DNA from: the human T2T-CHM13v2.0 reference genome, Homo sapiens
Length of the DNA stretch: 64,000 nucleotides
Assembly: GCF_009914755.1 (NCBI RefSeq)
Contig: NC_060926.1
Direction: 5' to 3' (one strand)
Part shown: positions 41,369 through 56,592 of the stretch, one piece after another
Layout of the letters: the number at the start of each line of letters is the position of its first letter
Numbering within the stretch: the first letter of the stretch is position 1
The notes under the pieces: model-generated
What the model was told of the DNA's origin: nothing
What the model saw: the letters and a program-made list of their open reading frames with translations, nothing else
The model's database searches: none
Position numbers and translations under genes: made by a program

Positions 41369-42025
41369 TGACTACACAGTGATGCTAACTTTCCTAAGGT
41401 GGGCATTTAGAATTGAAATCCCTAAATAAAAACCAGAACCATTAAAAGTCTCCACCTTTAATGAATATGTAAAATTGAAAAAAAAATACATACAACCCTT
41501 TTGTAAAAGATTACAAAACAAACATGTGGTTTTGGCCTGAGCTTAGGTGAAAAATAAGGGTTTTGCTAAATATTATAACATCAGGCTTGTCTTATGTTGT
41601 TTTGAGGTTTAAGGTTATTCTACATTTATGGCACAGGAAACCCAGACTCAAGGAAAGAATGTCAAGTGTTCTCATTATGGTAGTTCCTGGGCCATTTCAA
41701 GTCCTCTTCAGAGAGACTTCTCCCAACCCAGATCCTGTAGATTTTCCATAAAAGGTATGCTCTCAATCTAAAGTACAAAAATATATTAGGGATGAAGCTG
41801 ACTTGATAGTGCACAATGAGAGAGAATATACAAGCAAAAAAACAAACAAAAGCCCACAAACAACATTTAGGCTCTTAAAAATGTAATAATAAAATAATTA
41901 AATACTGGTTATGAAATAAATATGTTTGAGTAAATAAATGAGATGGAAATGAATAAACAAAAAAGTAAAATATATACTTTCTTTAAAAAAAAAATTAAGA
42001 CCAAGAAAAGTTTGAGAAAAGAATC

Positions 42026-42626
42026 TGTATTAGTCAGGGTTCTCCAGAAAAGAGAATCAATAAAATGGTTGTGCATGTGTACATTTGTGTACATATATTC
42101 TCTCTATATATAAGTCTGTGTGTGTGTATGAGCTACAGAATGCATGTGTATGTGTACATAGCTATAGATGTACATAGATATAAATATTACATCTATCTAT
42201 ATCAATATACCTATTTCTATATATATCTAGATCTCTCTGCTAAAAGTATCAATCTTTCTATTGAGAGAGAGAAAGTTTACTATAAGATATTGTTTTGCAC
42301 AATTGTGGGGCCTGGCAAGTCTGAAATTTGCAGGGCAGCCTGGCAGGCTGGAGACCCAGGGAAGAGTCAATGTTGCAGTTTGAGTGAGAAAACAGTCTGG
42401 AAGCTTCCTTGGGGGACTAGTTTTTTATTGTTGTTGTTCTTAAAACCTTCAACTGATAGGATGAGGCCCACATACATTATGGAAAGTAACCCGTTGTACT
42501 CAAAGTCTACTAATTTGAGTGTCAATTACTTTTCAAAAATAGCTGCACAGCAATATCAAGGCTGGTGTCTGACCAAAGACTGGTACCATGGCCTATCCAA
42601 CCTGGCACGTAAAATTAACTATTGCG
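42026..42626 (-). mobile_element. ERVL solo LTR (MLT2-type) within old L1M sequence
   Basis: tgtattagtcagggttctccaga...ggcaagtctgaaatttgcagggcag...ggatgaggcccacatacattatgga...cacgtaaaattaac; internal TA/TG-rich tract. Confidence 0.9.
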
Positions 42627-43228
42627 AAACCTAACAGCTTTTAGAAATCAAAAAGAGTCATAGATATTTCAAAAATTAGAAATAAACTAATTATGACCAA
42701 GTTGAAAATAAGGGGTTACAAAGAGATATACTAGAAAAAAATCAATCAAAAATGAAGTTGATATAATAAAATGTATTAAGGCAAAAGGAAGAGGCAGTAT
42801 AAAGGAGGTTCATTATATGATAATAACATGAATACTCAACGGGAGGACTTTAAAATCTGTACTTGAATACTTACAATAAAGCAGTTTCATAATATATGAA
42901 GCACATATTAACACAACTAAACAGATTTAAAATCCACAGTAAGAGAGAAAAAATATTCTCAAATATTCATTCAAGAAGCAGATAAAAGTTTGTACGGACA
43001 CATAAGACTTGAACGAAACAATAAGATTGACCTACTAAAGATGATAGCAACTTGTTTTCACTAAGAAAAGTTTGAAGTAAACATGACTACTTGATCTATC
43101 TAATTGACTCACGTCCTACAGGTTGGTGATACCTTTTTTTGAAGGAAGTCTGTGAGGCCTGTCCATCGAGTAGTGATACGCACTGGGTTTCTCAGAGCAA
43201 TTCTCTCAGTTATAAAAATATTAAAAGC

Positions 43229-43535
<307 letters not shown>

Positions 43536-44050
43536 TTAAAAAGAGTTGGGTAGGTGTTCTAAAATTTACTGGAAGAGCTCATTTATTATGCAACTCTCAA
43601 CAAAGACTCTCAGTGTTGTCAATGTTGAAGTCTCCATCTCATGTTTTATTGAGCTTCGACCCAGTCCACATTTCTATGAACTTTGTGGATGAGTATTTCA
43701 ACTTTGGCTACAAGACTTGTAAATCATCATTTTCCTTTCTAAAACTCAAGTGCTTCCTCTACTGTGGGTATAGGAAAGGAGTATTAGAATTGTCAGAAGT
43801 CTGTGGTGCTGCACATAAAAACTTTTTTAAAGAAGTTTTCTTAACACGGGCTACAAGAACATGAAGCTCTAGAAAAATCACCTTGACTGGTAAACCACAG
43901 GCAAGTTTATTGTGCCCATGTGGGGCAATGGAAGCTGACACAGGGTTCTGGATTTAACTAGCAAGTTTTTCTTTATTTGCCTTCTTTCCTATTTAAATTT
44001 AATTGCTTCTTAGTTATTTCCTTGAAAAATCTGACTTTCCTCTTTAATTT

Positions 44051-44143
44051 CCTTTTTTATTTTTTAGAGATAGGGTCTTGCTTTGTCACCTATGCAGGAA
44101 ACCAGTGGCATGATTATGGCTCACTATAGCCTTCAACTCCTAG
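44051..44143 (-). mobile_element. 5'-truncated AluJ
   Basis: agagatagggtcttgctttgtcacc...ctcactatagccttcaactcctag; degenerate TSD actttcctctttaa / acttccctcttttaa. Confidence 0.85.
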
Positions 44144-45099
44144 ACTTCCCTCTTTTAAATCTGGAATTTCATAGAATATTTCAGACATAACTACTGACAT
44201 TTTAAAGACTGATTTAATTGGTTATGGGTTATTATCACCAATGAGAGAATTGCAGAGAGCTGCAGAGAGAGTTGGGTCGAGTAAGAAGGATAAAAAAGAT
44301 GATTCATGTACTGTAAATAGCTGTGAAGAATGTGACCAGAAGGCATAGTAGAAGGGTTGAAGCATTGTTTTTCAACATATTTTTGGCTTTAATAATTAGG
44401 TCTTTTGAGTAGAAAATTACTGGGGAGGAAAGTCAGATTTTAGAGGCTAAGGACAAAGTCAGTGGAGATAAAACGGTAACAGCTAGTAGAGATCACTTAT
44501 GTATGAACCCACTCTGCTAAGTTGAAAACAAAGGATTAAAGGGAAAGAACAGAGAGAGAAAAATGTTGAGATAAGGGACAGAGACAAAGGACATATAAGT
44601 GGTACATGTAACAGCATTGAAAGAGGAGGTAGACTCAACTTTTGAGACTGAAAGATGAATGAAAGATGAAAGAAGGTTATGGGAATAAGAAGAATGGATG
44701 AATTTTTTCTCCAAAATGGAAATGCAGTCTTTTGCTTTATTCAATTATATATTTGACAACTTTGATAAAAATTGATTTTGATCTAGTAAATCTCAATATA
44801 TTAAAAGAGACTTAAGTTTTGTGTTGCCAAAGTGTCAATTAAGTCATCTGAGAATTGATTCTTCAGTTTGAATCTTAAGTACTGTGAATCTTGAGTAACC
44901 AGCAAGGGGAGCTCTAATTATGAGCATATTTCTACTTAAGTCTCTGACTGAGTGAGGTCTGACTGTACATGTGTGGGACAGGTAGCAAACAACCTTTCTA
45001 AAGGAGAAAAAAAATTCAAAATAAGATTTCACATGTGGAGTCCAGTAAAATTAATTGCATGCTAATACCAAAAAAAAAAAAGCAGCACTTTGGAATAAT

Positions 45100-46135
45100 A
45101 TAAACTAATTCAAAGTCTCTATGGTACTACATTAGCAAAATGCAGGATACAAAAATAAAAATTATTTGACATATATAAAACAGGAGAAGGTAACGCATTT
45201 TCAGGGTGAAATGCAATCAACAAAGGCCAACTATGAGATGACCCAGATGTTGGAATGATCAAAAAAGGCTTTAGATTTTAAATAGTTAGTCTAAACACTT
45301 TCAGGGTGGTAAGAGCTAACATACACATCATAAATAAAAAGATCAGAAATGTCAATAGAGAACTAGAATCTATTAACAATAGCTACATAAAAAATCTAGA
45401 AATAAAATCATACAATATGTGTTATTTAAAATTCACTGAATGGTTTACTAGAAGAATATAGATGACAGACTCGATAAACATAGTTTACAAAATGAAAAAT
45501 AAATTTCCAATCTTAAAAAAACAGAAAATTTGTTTTAATGTATAGGATGTTAAGGACTTGTTGGACAATATGTAAATGCCAAATATATGTGTAAATGGAG
45601 GCCCTGAAGAAGAGAAGATAGTAAATGGACCAGAAAAACTATTTGAGGAAGTAATGACTGAAACAATTCACAATTAGGTGAATGATATAAATTTAGAAGT
45701 TCTTGATGTTCAATGAGCCCCAGAAAGTATAAATATGGAGAAAAATACAACTAGGGGCCAGGTGGCTCACACTTATAATCTAAGCACTTTGGGAAACCAA
45801 GATGGGAGCATTATTTGATCCCATGAGCTTGAGACCAACCTGGGCAACATAGCGAGATCCTGTCTCAACAACAGCAAAATGTTTTTAAATTAGCCAGGTG
45901 TGGTGACACGCAACTGTAGTCCCAGCTACTCAGAAGGCTGAGGTGGGAGGATTGCTTGAGTCTAGGAGGTAGAGGCTTCAGTAAGCTGGGTTATCACAAT
46001 GAACTCTAGCCAGGGTAACAGAGAAAGACCTTGTCTTAAAAAAAAAGAAAAAAAAGAAAAGAAAAGAAAGAAAGAAAAAAAATACAATTAGGTACTTTAT
46101 AGTCAAACAGCTGAAATTCACAGTAGCTTAAAATC
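45100..46135 (+). mobile_element. Old L1M ORF1-region fragment (with AluJ insertion)
   Basis: gagatgacccagatgttggaa; aaattcactgaatgg; atttgaggaagtaatgactgaaacaatt. Confidence 0.7.
45756..46077 (+). mobile_element. AluJ (Jo-like)
   Basis: 15-bp TSD aaaaatacaactagg (45741-45755) / aaaaatacaattagg (46078-46092). Confidence 0.92.
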
Positions 46136-46387
46136 AAGGAAGAGAGCTATGCAAACATGGTTTTAATAATATGCGATGCATTAGCTATGCAGATGTGCTA
46201 TGGAAGCTCTAAGTTTTCATTTTTTATTAAAAACTGAAGGGTTCTGGCAAGGTTCTAGAAATTATGCTCTAGCTAACTCGACATTTAGCAAGAGAAAATG
46301 AGATAGAAAGTTGTTTGTTTTTCAGGCCAAATGAGTAATAAATGCATAAATATTTGAAACAAGAACTGTAATCAGTTCACGTTGCCT

Positions 46388-47059
<672 letters not shown>

Positions 47060-48631
47060 TTCCTCTTGCAGGTTGAATGGAGCGTGTTGAGATAGAACAC
47101 TGGGAAGATAGCTAGAGATTACTAGTACTCGATTTCCATTTTTAGCTCAGTTCAAGCATTTTATTAATATATGGTTCTCATATTTCACATACTGGTCAAT
47201 ATATTGAAGTCTTTAGAGCACATAAGCCTCCAGGGAAAAAAAAGAAACCCAAGAAGTATGAGATGTGATTCCTGCCTTAAGAGGAAACACTGTGAAGAGA
47301 GTTATATCGCAGCACTATTTAAATAACAATGTATGGCTTTTTTGACACTTTATTTAGATTCAATATTACACCCATGTCCTAGGAGTTCTTTTTTAGGCTA
47401 AGCCATCATGGATTGGCAAAGAAAGACTGCTATAATTAAATAAAATCTTTCACCACTTTTGCAGCACTAGAATGTGAGATTCACTTACAGATGAAGTTTT
47501 TGAGACTTAAAGAAAAGCTATTCTGCAGTCGTTTTGAATGGTTATTCAAACTCAGTTGTATTATTAATTTATAATATGAATATTACCATTTCAAGATAAT
47601 TTTTCTCGAAGAATAATTTATTTTGTAATAGATTATGTTACAAAATGTGAAACAATAAGCCCATATGCTTTTTAAGATCGTCAGGTAACCATTGTAATTT
47701 TTGTAATCTTTTTAATAAATTTTTAAATTTTTGCAACTTTTTCTGTATAATTGTATCTTCCTGATACATCTAAACCACTCTTGAACTCACATTTAATTTA
47801 GTTTCATATTGAAATATGTTGTCCCTGGAGAACATAGAAAGGCAAAAGTTAGTTAATTCAATATCTCCCTGGCATTTTAGATGCCCTTACCTCTAATTTG
47901 TAACTATCAATTATTAAAACTAATACAAAATTCTCATAAAAATGGTGAGAAATGAGCATTGCCTACATAATCCATTTTCACAGCTCTTTTAATACTATCT
48001 CACAGGAAAGATTATATTTCTTTGGAATTCCCATTCCCTTTTCCAAAAGTGGATAAACTAATAATTTGTTAAGTCTTACACAAACTAAAATAAATAACTC
48101 ATTTCTTTAACTATAATTTCCACTGATGTTCTTAGTCAAGATTTACTACGTAGTTACCAAATTGGTTTTCTACACACAGAAAACTCGTGTTGTTAAATCT
48201 TGATCAACAGCAACTTTTGACATATTTAAGTGAGGACATGACTCTCTTTCCCTGAACGGTATGCATCATATGAGAGCTACTGTCTGAATATTATAGGGCT
48301 GGAAAACAGAGTGAGCATGATAGACAGAGAATGTTTACTAAGAACATGATTCTCAAATGGCTTATAAAATGTGAGAAGGCATTTGATTTAGAACCTCCAT
48401 AAGGAAGGGACAAGTGTAGTCTAGTATATTGGGCTCAGGTGTGCACCAAACTGTCGAGGCAAATATTCGCACTACAAATACAATAGATAATCTGTTTATG
48501 GTATAGGTATTTTTGTCCAAACTTAGTTGAAATAAAGTTAGAGGCCTTTGATTTTATACTGAGAACAACATGCAACCATTCAAAGATTCATCCAGCACCC
48601 AGAACTATAGATCTTCAGAAAAATACAAAAA

Positions 48632-48932
48632 GGCAAGGCATGGTGGTTTATGCCTATAATTCCAGCATTTTGGGAGGTCAAGGTAGGAGGCTCACTTGAG
48701 GCCAGGAGTTTAAGATCAACCTGGACAACATAACAAGACCCTGTCTCTAAAAAAAAAAAAAAAATTAGCTGGGTTTGGTGGTGCGCAGCTATACCCATGT
48801 AGTTCCAGCTACACAGGAGATTGAGGCAGGAGGATCAATAGAGCCCAGGAAGTAGAGGCTACAGTGAGCCGTGATCTTGTCTGTGTACTCCAGCTTGGGT
48901 GACAGAGTGATACCCTGTCTTAAAACAAACAT
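48632..48932 (+). mobile_element. AluJ
   Basis: cacttgaggccaggagtt...gagcccaggaagtagaggctacagtgag. Confidence 0.9.
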
Positions 48933-51900
48933 AGAAAAAAGCAAATGATAGGAAGAAAATGTGTTAAATTTTTTGAAACCCTAATAAGAAAACCACATTT
49001 TTCCTGTCAGAGTGAAAGAAGCTAACTTAAATGAAGGAAATTTTGACTTAAAGACAAATCTTGTCTACAAAAAGACTAAAACTTAATTAGTGCTATTTGA
49101 ATCATAGAAGTAGACCCATCATTCATTCTCTCTGGTGATCTCCAGGAAGATGACATTTATAAGAATGATGGAAATTACCAGTGGTATGTGGCGCCAAAAT
49201 AAAACCAGGTGCAAAACTTCTTTCCGCAAGAGGATCTGCTGCTTAGCATGTGGTGTCCTTGTACATTTGTCCTAGGAGAACCACAGTTGAACTGATACTT
49301 TTGGAAACCAACTGCATTTTACCATTGCTATTTAAATAGGCTATAGCTCAATGTGGAAATGAGATATAGTTTTTACTTAGTTTCTAAGACTCTCTGAAAT
49401 ATTAACATACAATCTGATAGGCAAATCTGTTTATAATGCCATGTTTTTCTTTAGATATTTCTACTTTTGAACCAGAGATGTTCAAGTTATAATTTTAAGC
49501 AATTGCCGAATAAGAATATATCATAGGGAGATATTCCCACATCATAAACGTTACCTTTCAGAGTTTAGCATGCCTTAATACTGCTTGTCTCAAATTGTGC
49601 TCTAAGAACCCTCAGGAATTTTAATGAAGTCCTTCACAGCTTCCCTGGAGGGAGACCGAGGGACTTGTGGGTAGGATGAGAGGCCTCCAGCTTTCTCTTA
49701 AATCCATTTTGGCTAGAAAAGTCAGGACACCTTTCATGGAGCCCATACTTCTGATTTCTTGCGAAGAAACGGTACTCCTTAAGATAGTACTGCCTTAAGA
49801 AGAAAAAATTACTTTTTCTGCTTTATAAATGTTTTTCTGAACTAACGAGACAGAACCATTGACATAGTGTGCTTTTTAAACATACCTCATTTTATTTCAG
49901 GTATTCTCTGGAGAGTCAGTAAAAACAAAGACTGCAATGTTTCTTTTCTTATTGTTCTTTTTCACAATACTATGAAATTCATCTTCTCCAAACCTGTCAC
50001 CACTTCTTATAAACACTAACTTTTTTTTTTGAGAGAGTGAGAAAGGGGACAGACACAATAAAAAAGATGGTCAGTATGAAAAGAAGTTCACTATAGTTGG
50101 CTGTAACTCTAACGTAATAACACTGCATTTGAATTAAGAAAATGATCTTTTCATCTAAGGCCCTTGTCCTAGTGATAAAACTGGCAATGTCTCGAAGAGG
50201 TAGATGATTCTTAAGTGACATTAGGTGGGGGGTACGGGATGGCAAAAGAAAAGGGTAGCAAAAAAGAAAAAAAAATTGGAAGATGCAGAGAATGGATTCT
50301 TAAGGAATAAAATGCAAACGCAAGAAGAGAGTCACTGAGAAGATGAAGGTTTATAAACATTTAGAAAAAGAGAGAGTTGGCAGATTGGTAACAGTTCCAA
50401 TAAATGAGAGTCCTGTCATGTGGGGGTGGAGGGAGGTAATATCTGAGACTTCTTATTAAAGTGTTACAGTTCCAATACAATTTGGTTTATGTGCTTGGCA
50501 AGATATTCAGAACTCTTAACACGTGAGTAGAACATTGAATGCCATTCAAAAGTTCAACTTTTTTTAAAAAAAATGTACTTCATCTGTGAAGGAAAATGGG
50601 TTATTTGGAAGTTAATTTGTGTGTATGTGTTTGTGTGTGTGTGTGTTTGGCATCTGTTCTTCTCTCAAGTAATAACTTTGAAGATAGCGTAATTTGGGGA
50701 TAAGCATAATGTGCCTTAGCAAAGCAGAGAGAGTCCTTTGAAAGTGAGTTTAGGGAATCAGAGAGGATTTTCAGCTTTAGAAGGACATGAACCATGCAAA
50801 TTAGACTTGTGTTCTTCTTTCCACAATAGCCCCAACTTTATCTCTCCATCTAAAAAGTTTCAGGATCCTTCTATCAGTTAACTCTTGTACATCTGTTCCA
50901 GTTGGTATATACTACACACATATGTAGACACAAACATGCATACATACCTGCATCATGTTATAAAAGCAATGGCCTGTATCCTTTAAAAACTCCGGTTGAA
51001 AATTACATGCATTATGAATAATGTGTAAGTTATTGCTATGGACCATGTCAGTATCTCCCAAAATAGTCAGAACCAATTTTACCTTCTTTCATTTCAAAGA
51101 TTACCCTAGGCCTGCTTTCATGTAGTAATCTCTCCTAGAAAATCTTTCGCTTCTGCTACATATCTTCTCTATCAAATGCATTTGAATTTCCTGAATTTTC
51201 TATATTCACTGGAAGCACATTCACACAAAACCACACATTTCCCCTGACGTCCCGTGGTGAAAATCATGATGTTCTGCACATGTTTGGCATGTCACCAAGG
51301 GTTTTGACCCACCGGCTGGCACTCCAAGCTAGTGAGCTTCTTGGGTAGTTCTTCCTGGAGCAGAAGCATGACTGTTAAACTGATACTGTAAAATAATTTT
51401 TCTAAGGAAGTCTGTAGTGCCATAAATATATTCTACTTGAACTGGCTAAATTGTGCTTCTGACAGTGTTTTTCCGCAAGATTTATTGTTTTGTTTTTGTT
51501 ATTGCTGAGGGTGGGGAAGAAATGAAGACGTGGGAATATGTCTTGTGAAAATATTCTGAGAACTCATAATTTCTCTATGGGTATGGCCCTTAGGCATATA
51601 ACTTTTCCCTAAAAGAAGGTTCAAAATGTAATAATTTAATTTTCTCTTTCTGCATCAAAAGGGCCCTCTGAGCTAAAGAATAGAAAAATCTCATCAAATG
51701 ATGGAAAAAGTATATCTAATTCATCAAATTATTTCATGACCCATTTTGGGTAGGTGAAATCACAATTAAAACTTAATGTGGAAAAAGTAGATTTGTAGCT
51801 GTAAAAAATAAAAATTCTTAATGATAGCCTTTTGGCATTGGCCTTTTAAACCATGTAACACTTTCCGTCACCTAGGAAATTTAGATCTGTCAGCAAACTC

Positions 51901-52321
51901 CTTTGGCTTTTCATGAAAATAATTTTGCTAATATCCATGGACTCATTAAAAAGCCTTATTGAAAGCACAAATGATCTTTTTAATAAATCAGTGCATTATC
52001 CTAAATGTAACTTATGGTCTTCCTTTTTTGGGGCTAAGACATTAGTTTTAAAAAGAAAAAGAAAAAACGTAAAATGAAAAGGCTTGTAGGTCAAATCTTT
52101 TTGTAAAGTCTCTATATTACTGTATCCATGTAAGACATATTTACGTTCTTCATATGCATAGTACTTTTTCAAAAAGAGTGAAGTCATTGGCCTGAGTTGT
52201 TTTAGACACATTTGTGTTACTCATTTTTCTTAATGGATTCACAGAGTGTTTGTTACCTTTTTCTATGCTGTCTCATATAAAGAAACATAGTATTGCCTAT
52301 GCTTAGGTTAATTCTACAGAT

Positions 52322-53557
52322 ATTTTTTACTTTTTAGTTTTTGGATACATTATATTTGTACATATTTATAGGGTACATGTGAAATTTTGTTACATGCATA
52401 GAATGGACAATGATCAAATCAGCATATTTAGGGTACCCATCACCTGACTATCATTTCTATGCATTGGGTATACTTCTGGTCACCTCTTCTAGCTATCTGG
52501 AAGAACACAATACCTTTTTGTTAATAATAATTACTCCACTCTGCTATCAAACCTTAGGATGCATTCCTTTTATTTAACTGTATGTTTGTACCCATCAACC
52601 TGTCTGTCTTCATCGCCCCCATCCCTACTTCATATACCCTTCTAAACCTCCAGTATCCATCATTCCATTCTCTACCTCCATGTGATCTACTTTTTAAACT
52701 CCCACATATGAATAACAACATGCAATGTTTGCCTTTCTACGCCTGGCTTATTTTACTGAAAATAATGACTTCCAGTTGCATCCATGTCACTGCAAATGAC
52801 ACGATTTCATCATTTTTGATGGTTGACTAATATTCCATTGTGTATATACACACACAGAGACACACAACATTTTCTTTATCGATTTATCGGTTGATGGGCA
52901 CTTAGCTTGATTCCATATCTTGGCTATTGTGAATAGTGCTGCAGTAAACATAGGAGTATATGTATCTCTTTGATATATTCATTTATTTTCATTTGGATAA
53001 ACACTCAATAGTGGGATTGCTAGATCATATGGTAGTTCTATTTTTAGTTTTTTGAAAAATCTCCGTACTGTTTTTCATAGTGGGTAACCAAATTTACATT
53101 CCCACCAACAGTATATAAGGGGTCCCTTTTCTCCACATCCTCATGAGCATCTGTTATTTTTTGCCTTTTTAAAAATGGCCTTTATAACTTGGGTAAGATG
53201 ATATCTCATTACGGTTTTGATTTGCATTTCTCTGATGACTTGTGATGTTAAGTATTAAACCTGTTGCCTGTTTGTATGTCTTCTTTTGAGCAATGTCTGT
53301 TCAGTCCTTTGCCCACTTTTTAATGGGATTTTTCTTTTTTCTCTTTTTCTTTTTTTTTCACTGCTAGGTTGTTTGAGTACCATGTGTATTATAGGTTTTA
53401 TTCCCCTGTCAGATAAGTAGTTTGCAAATATTTTCTCCCATTCAAGAGACTATCTCTTCACTCTGTTGATTGTTTATTTTTATTTTTATTTTTTTGCTGT
53501 GCAGAAGCCTTTCATTTTAATATAGTTCTATTTGTCTATTTTTGTTTCTGTTGCCTG
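52322..53557 (-). mobile_element. 5'-truncated L1MA 3' end
   Basis: L1MA 3' UTR plus ORF2 end; degenerate TSD tacagatattttt / tacaggtattctt. Confidence 0.9.
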
Positions 53558-54074
53558 TACAGGTATTCTTTCCTAAGGTCAGCCATGCCATAGCAGCCAA
53601 ATTAGGGAGATTGCCCTTTTTAAGGTATTACTCAGGCAGTGCAGGAAAGGTAGAGAGATAAAATAATTTTCAAGTTGAAACAAAAGGTTCTATGTGATCA
53701 GATTATCTAGTCTACTATAAGGTTCATATTAGCAGCACCATGTTTATCTTGTTAGCGATTTATCACCAGTGCCTTCCCATTGCCTGGGGATGGATGCTGG
53801 GTTAATGTTTGTTAAGTATATAAATGAATAAAGATCTACTGGGTATGCACCCTTCAGGGAAAGTACTGTGAGCAGTTTAAAAGGACACAGATACCATGAT
53901 CCTTAAACTCAGCAATCAATTGGCATGAAGACAAACACAGTGTGACTTAGGGGCTGGTGTTCTTTCGTTTGGCATCAGGAGTGGACAGTTTGAGGCTTAA
54001 GAAGAAAGATAATCTCTGAATGTATACAGTTTTACTATTATAATTTTTTTTTTTTTTGCATTTCCAACCATTTG

Positions 54075-54965
54075 TTTGTCTGGCATTCTTCCAGTTGCTT
54101 GAGCCAAAATCCTTAGAATGATACATAATTCCTCTTTTTTGCTCTTCTGATTCATAAACAAATTATATTGGTTCCATTTTCGAAATATTTCTAGAATATT
54201 CACACCAGATGGTCTGCTGCCATCCTAATCTGAGCAGTCATTTTTCTCTCCATATTATTGTCAAGTCTTCTAGTCTTCTGATTTATCCCCTGCTACTACC
54301 CTTGCCACACTCCAGTTGCACCCAGCAAATACAGTAATTCATTTAAAAAGTAAGCCTGATCATGTCACTCCAATGGCTTCCCATTCCACTCCTAGGAAGG
54401 GACAAAAATCCTACCACATGGCCACAAGGCCCTCCCTGCTCCAATCTTTGCTTTCTCCCAGACCTCCTCTCTGCTCACCTCCACTTGCTCACCATCCAAC
54501 AGCCGCACTGGCCACCATGATGGTTTTCAAATACTAATGACATGCTCCTACTTTATAGGCTTTATTTTCTTTGTTCCCTTTCTTTGTTCTTGATGCAGTC
54601 ACCTTCTTGGCTCACTCCCTCACCTCCTTCTAGCTGCTGCTGAAATCTCACCTTCACGCTGAGGCTTATACTATCAACACTATTTAGTGTTGCAAGTGGC
54701 CCATCCACTTCCTTTCCCATCCTCCCTAATCCTGATTCTCTTTACCCTGCCTACTCTTTGTTTTCTATAATACATACAACTCTCAAATATAATACATGTA
54801 TTTTGCTTTTATGTATGTTGCTTATTTTCTGCCTCTTCCACCAGGGAGTTATCTCTTCTAGAGCAAAAATTCTTGTCTATTTTGTTCACTGAGGTATTCG
54901 CAGGATCTATTATACCGGGCACATAGTTGCACACTTAGTGAATAGTTGTTGAATAAATGAATGGC
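54075..54965 (+). mobile_element. L2a 3' portion
   Basis: cttccagttgcttgagccaaaatcctt...gatcatgtcactcc...ggcacatagttg...gttgttgaataaatgaatg. Confidence 0.8.
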
Positions 54966-55055
54966 AAGGTTTTATCTGTGTCTATTCACTTCTGATGCTG
55001 CATAAAACACGACACATAAGAGACAAAGGGCTCTGTACAGGATGAACATAAACAG

Positions 55056-55405
55056 TGTCTTCGTCAACTTGGACTACTGCTACAAATACCATAGATTGAG
55101 TGGCTTTAACACAAAACATGCATTTCTCATGGTTACGGAGGCTGAGAAATTCAAATTCAAGGTGCTGGCAGACTCAGTGTCTGGTGAAGGCCAACTTCCA
55201 GATCTGCAGAAGGCTACACCCTTGCTCTACCCTCACATGGGGGAGAGAGAGAGAGATCTGGTCTCTTCATCTCCATATTAGAATATCAATTTTATTCAAA
55301 TCCAGATACCTCCCAAAAATATTATTTCTAAATGCCATCACATTTGGGATTAAAATATCAACATATGAATTTGGACGGGGGAAAACAAATGTTCAGTCCA
55401 CAGCA
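55056..55405 (-). mobile_element. MaLR solo LTR (MLT1A-like)
   Basis: TSD aacag/atcag (4/5); caaggtgctggcagactcagtgtctggtgaagg. Confidence 0.85.
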
Positions 55406-55639
55406 ATCAGTATTCTGTCATTTTAGGCATAAAAATATTTAAATACAAAGGAGCAAATTAATCAGCATATATTTATTGATAACTTAATGTATGTTTCACA
55501 CATTTATCTACATTTCAGGTGAATACAGGAGAAACATAGAATATGGTTCTTGTCTCCAAGACATCCTCTTGGTTGCGACTGATTAACGAACAAGTCTGAT
55601 TCATATTCATCAGTAGAAGAATTACAGCTCTTTATATGA

Positions 55640-55806
55640 CATTATGACATTGTTCACAAACTTGAATATTACTAAAAATTACTGGGGGGCTCTTCCCCCA
55701 GAGTATTTGATCCAGAAGGTCAAGGTTGGACCAGAGAACCTGCAGTTCCAATAAGTTTCCAGGAGATACAAATGTGGCCATACTACACTTTGAGAACCAC
55801 TGCTTT
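55640..55806. mobile_element. MER5-like hAT MITE
   Basis: aataagtttccaggagat...cacactttgagaaccactg-type terminus. Confidence 0.7.
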
Positions 55807-55855
55807 ATGATGGTGTTTCTCAATCCTGAAAGCACATTAAAATCATCTGACTTTT

Positions 55856-56592
55856 TTAGAGAAATGCAAATCAAAACCACAAATACCATCTCATGCCAGT
55901 TAGAATGGTGATCATTAAAAAGTCAGGAAACAACAGATGCTGGAGAGGATGTGGAGAAATAGGAAAGTTTTTACACTGTTGGTGGGAGTGTAAATTAGTT
56001 CAACCATTGTGGAAGACAGTGTGGTGATTCCTCAAGGATCTAGAACTAGAAATACCATTTGACCCAGCAATCCCATTACTGGGTACATACCCAAAGGATT
56101 ATAAATCATTCTACTATAAAGACAGATGCATACGTATGTTTATTGCGGCACTGTTCACAATAGCAAAGACTTGGAACCAACCCACATGCCCAATAATGAT
56201 AGAACGGATAAAGAAAATGTGGCACAGGTATACCATGGAATACTATGCAGCCATAAAAAAGGATGAGTTCATGTCCTTTGCAGGGATGTGGATGAAGCTG
56301 GAAACCATCATTCTCAGAAAACTAACACAAGAACAGAAAACCAAACACTGCATGTTCTCACTCATAAGTGAGAGTTGAACAATGAGAACACATGGACATA
56401 GGGAGGGGAACGTCACACACCAGGGCCTGTCAGTGGGTGGGGGTCTAGGGAAGGGATAGCATCAGGAAAAAAAATATCTAATGTAGATGACGGGTTGACG
56501 AGTGCAGCAAACCACCACAGCACGTGTATACCTATGTAACTAATCTGCACATTCTGCACATGTACCTCAGAACTTAAAGTATAATAAAAAAA
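55856..56592 (+). mobile_element. 5'-truncated L1PA (approximately PA5-PA7) 3' end
   Basis: ORF2 C-terminus MFIAALFTIAKTWNQP...KTKHCMFSLIS; 3' UTR ending gaacttaaagtataataaaaaa. Confidence 0.93.

Noticed and set aside
42065-42634. Longest ORF in the window (189 aa)
   Set aside because: Lies almost entirely in an MLT2 LTR and its low-complexity TA/TG tract.
49146-49183. 38-nt plus-strand exon-like segment
   Set aside because: Too short, with no independent support.
49898-49993. Minus-strand frame FGEDEFHSIVKKNNKKRNIAVFVFTDSPENT*
   Set aside because: Purine-rich acceptor, short, no recognisable homology.
52322-53557. Similarity to 78-1066, including a near-identical truncation point
   Set aside because: Independent L1MA insertions, each with its own TSD; not a segmental duplication.
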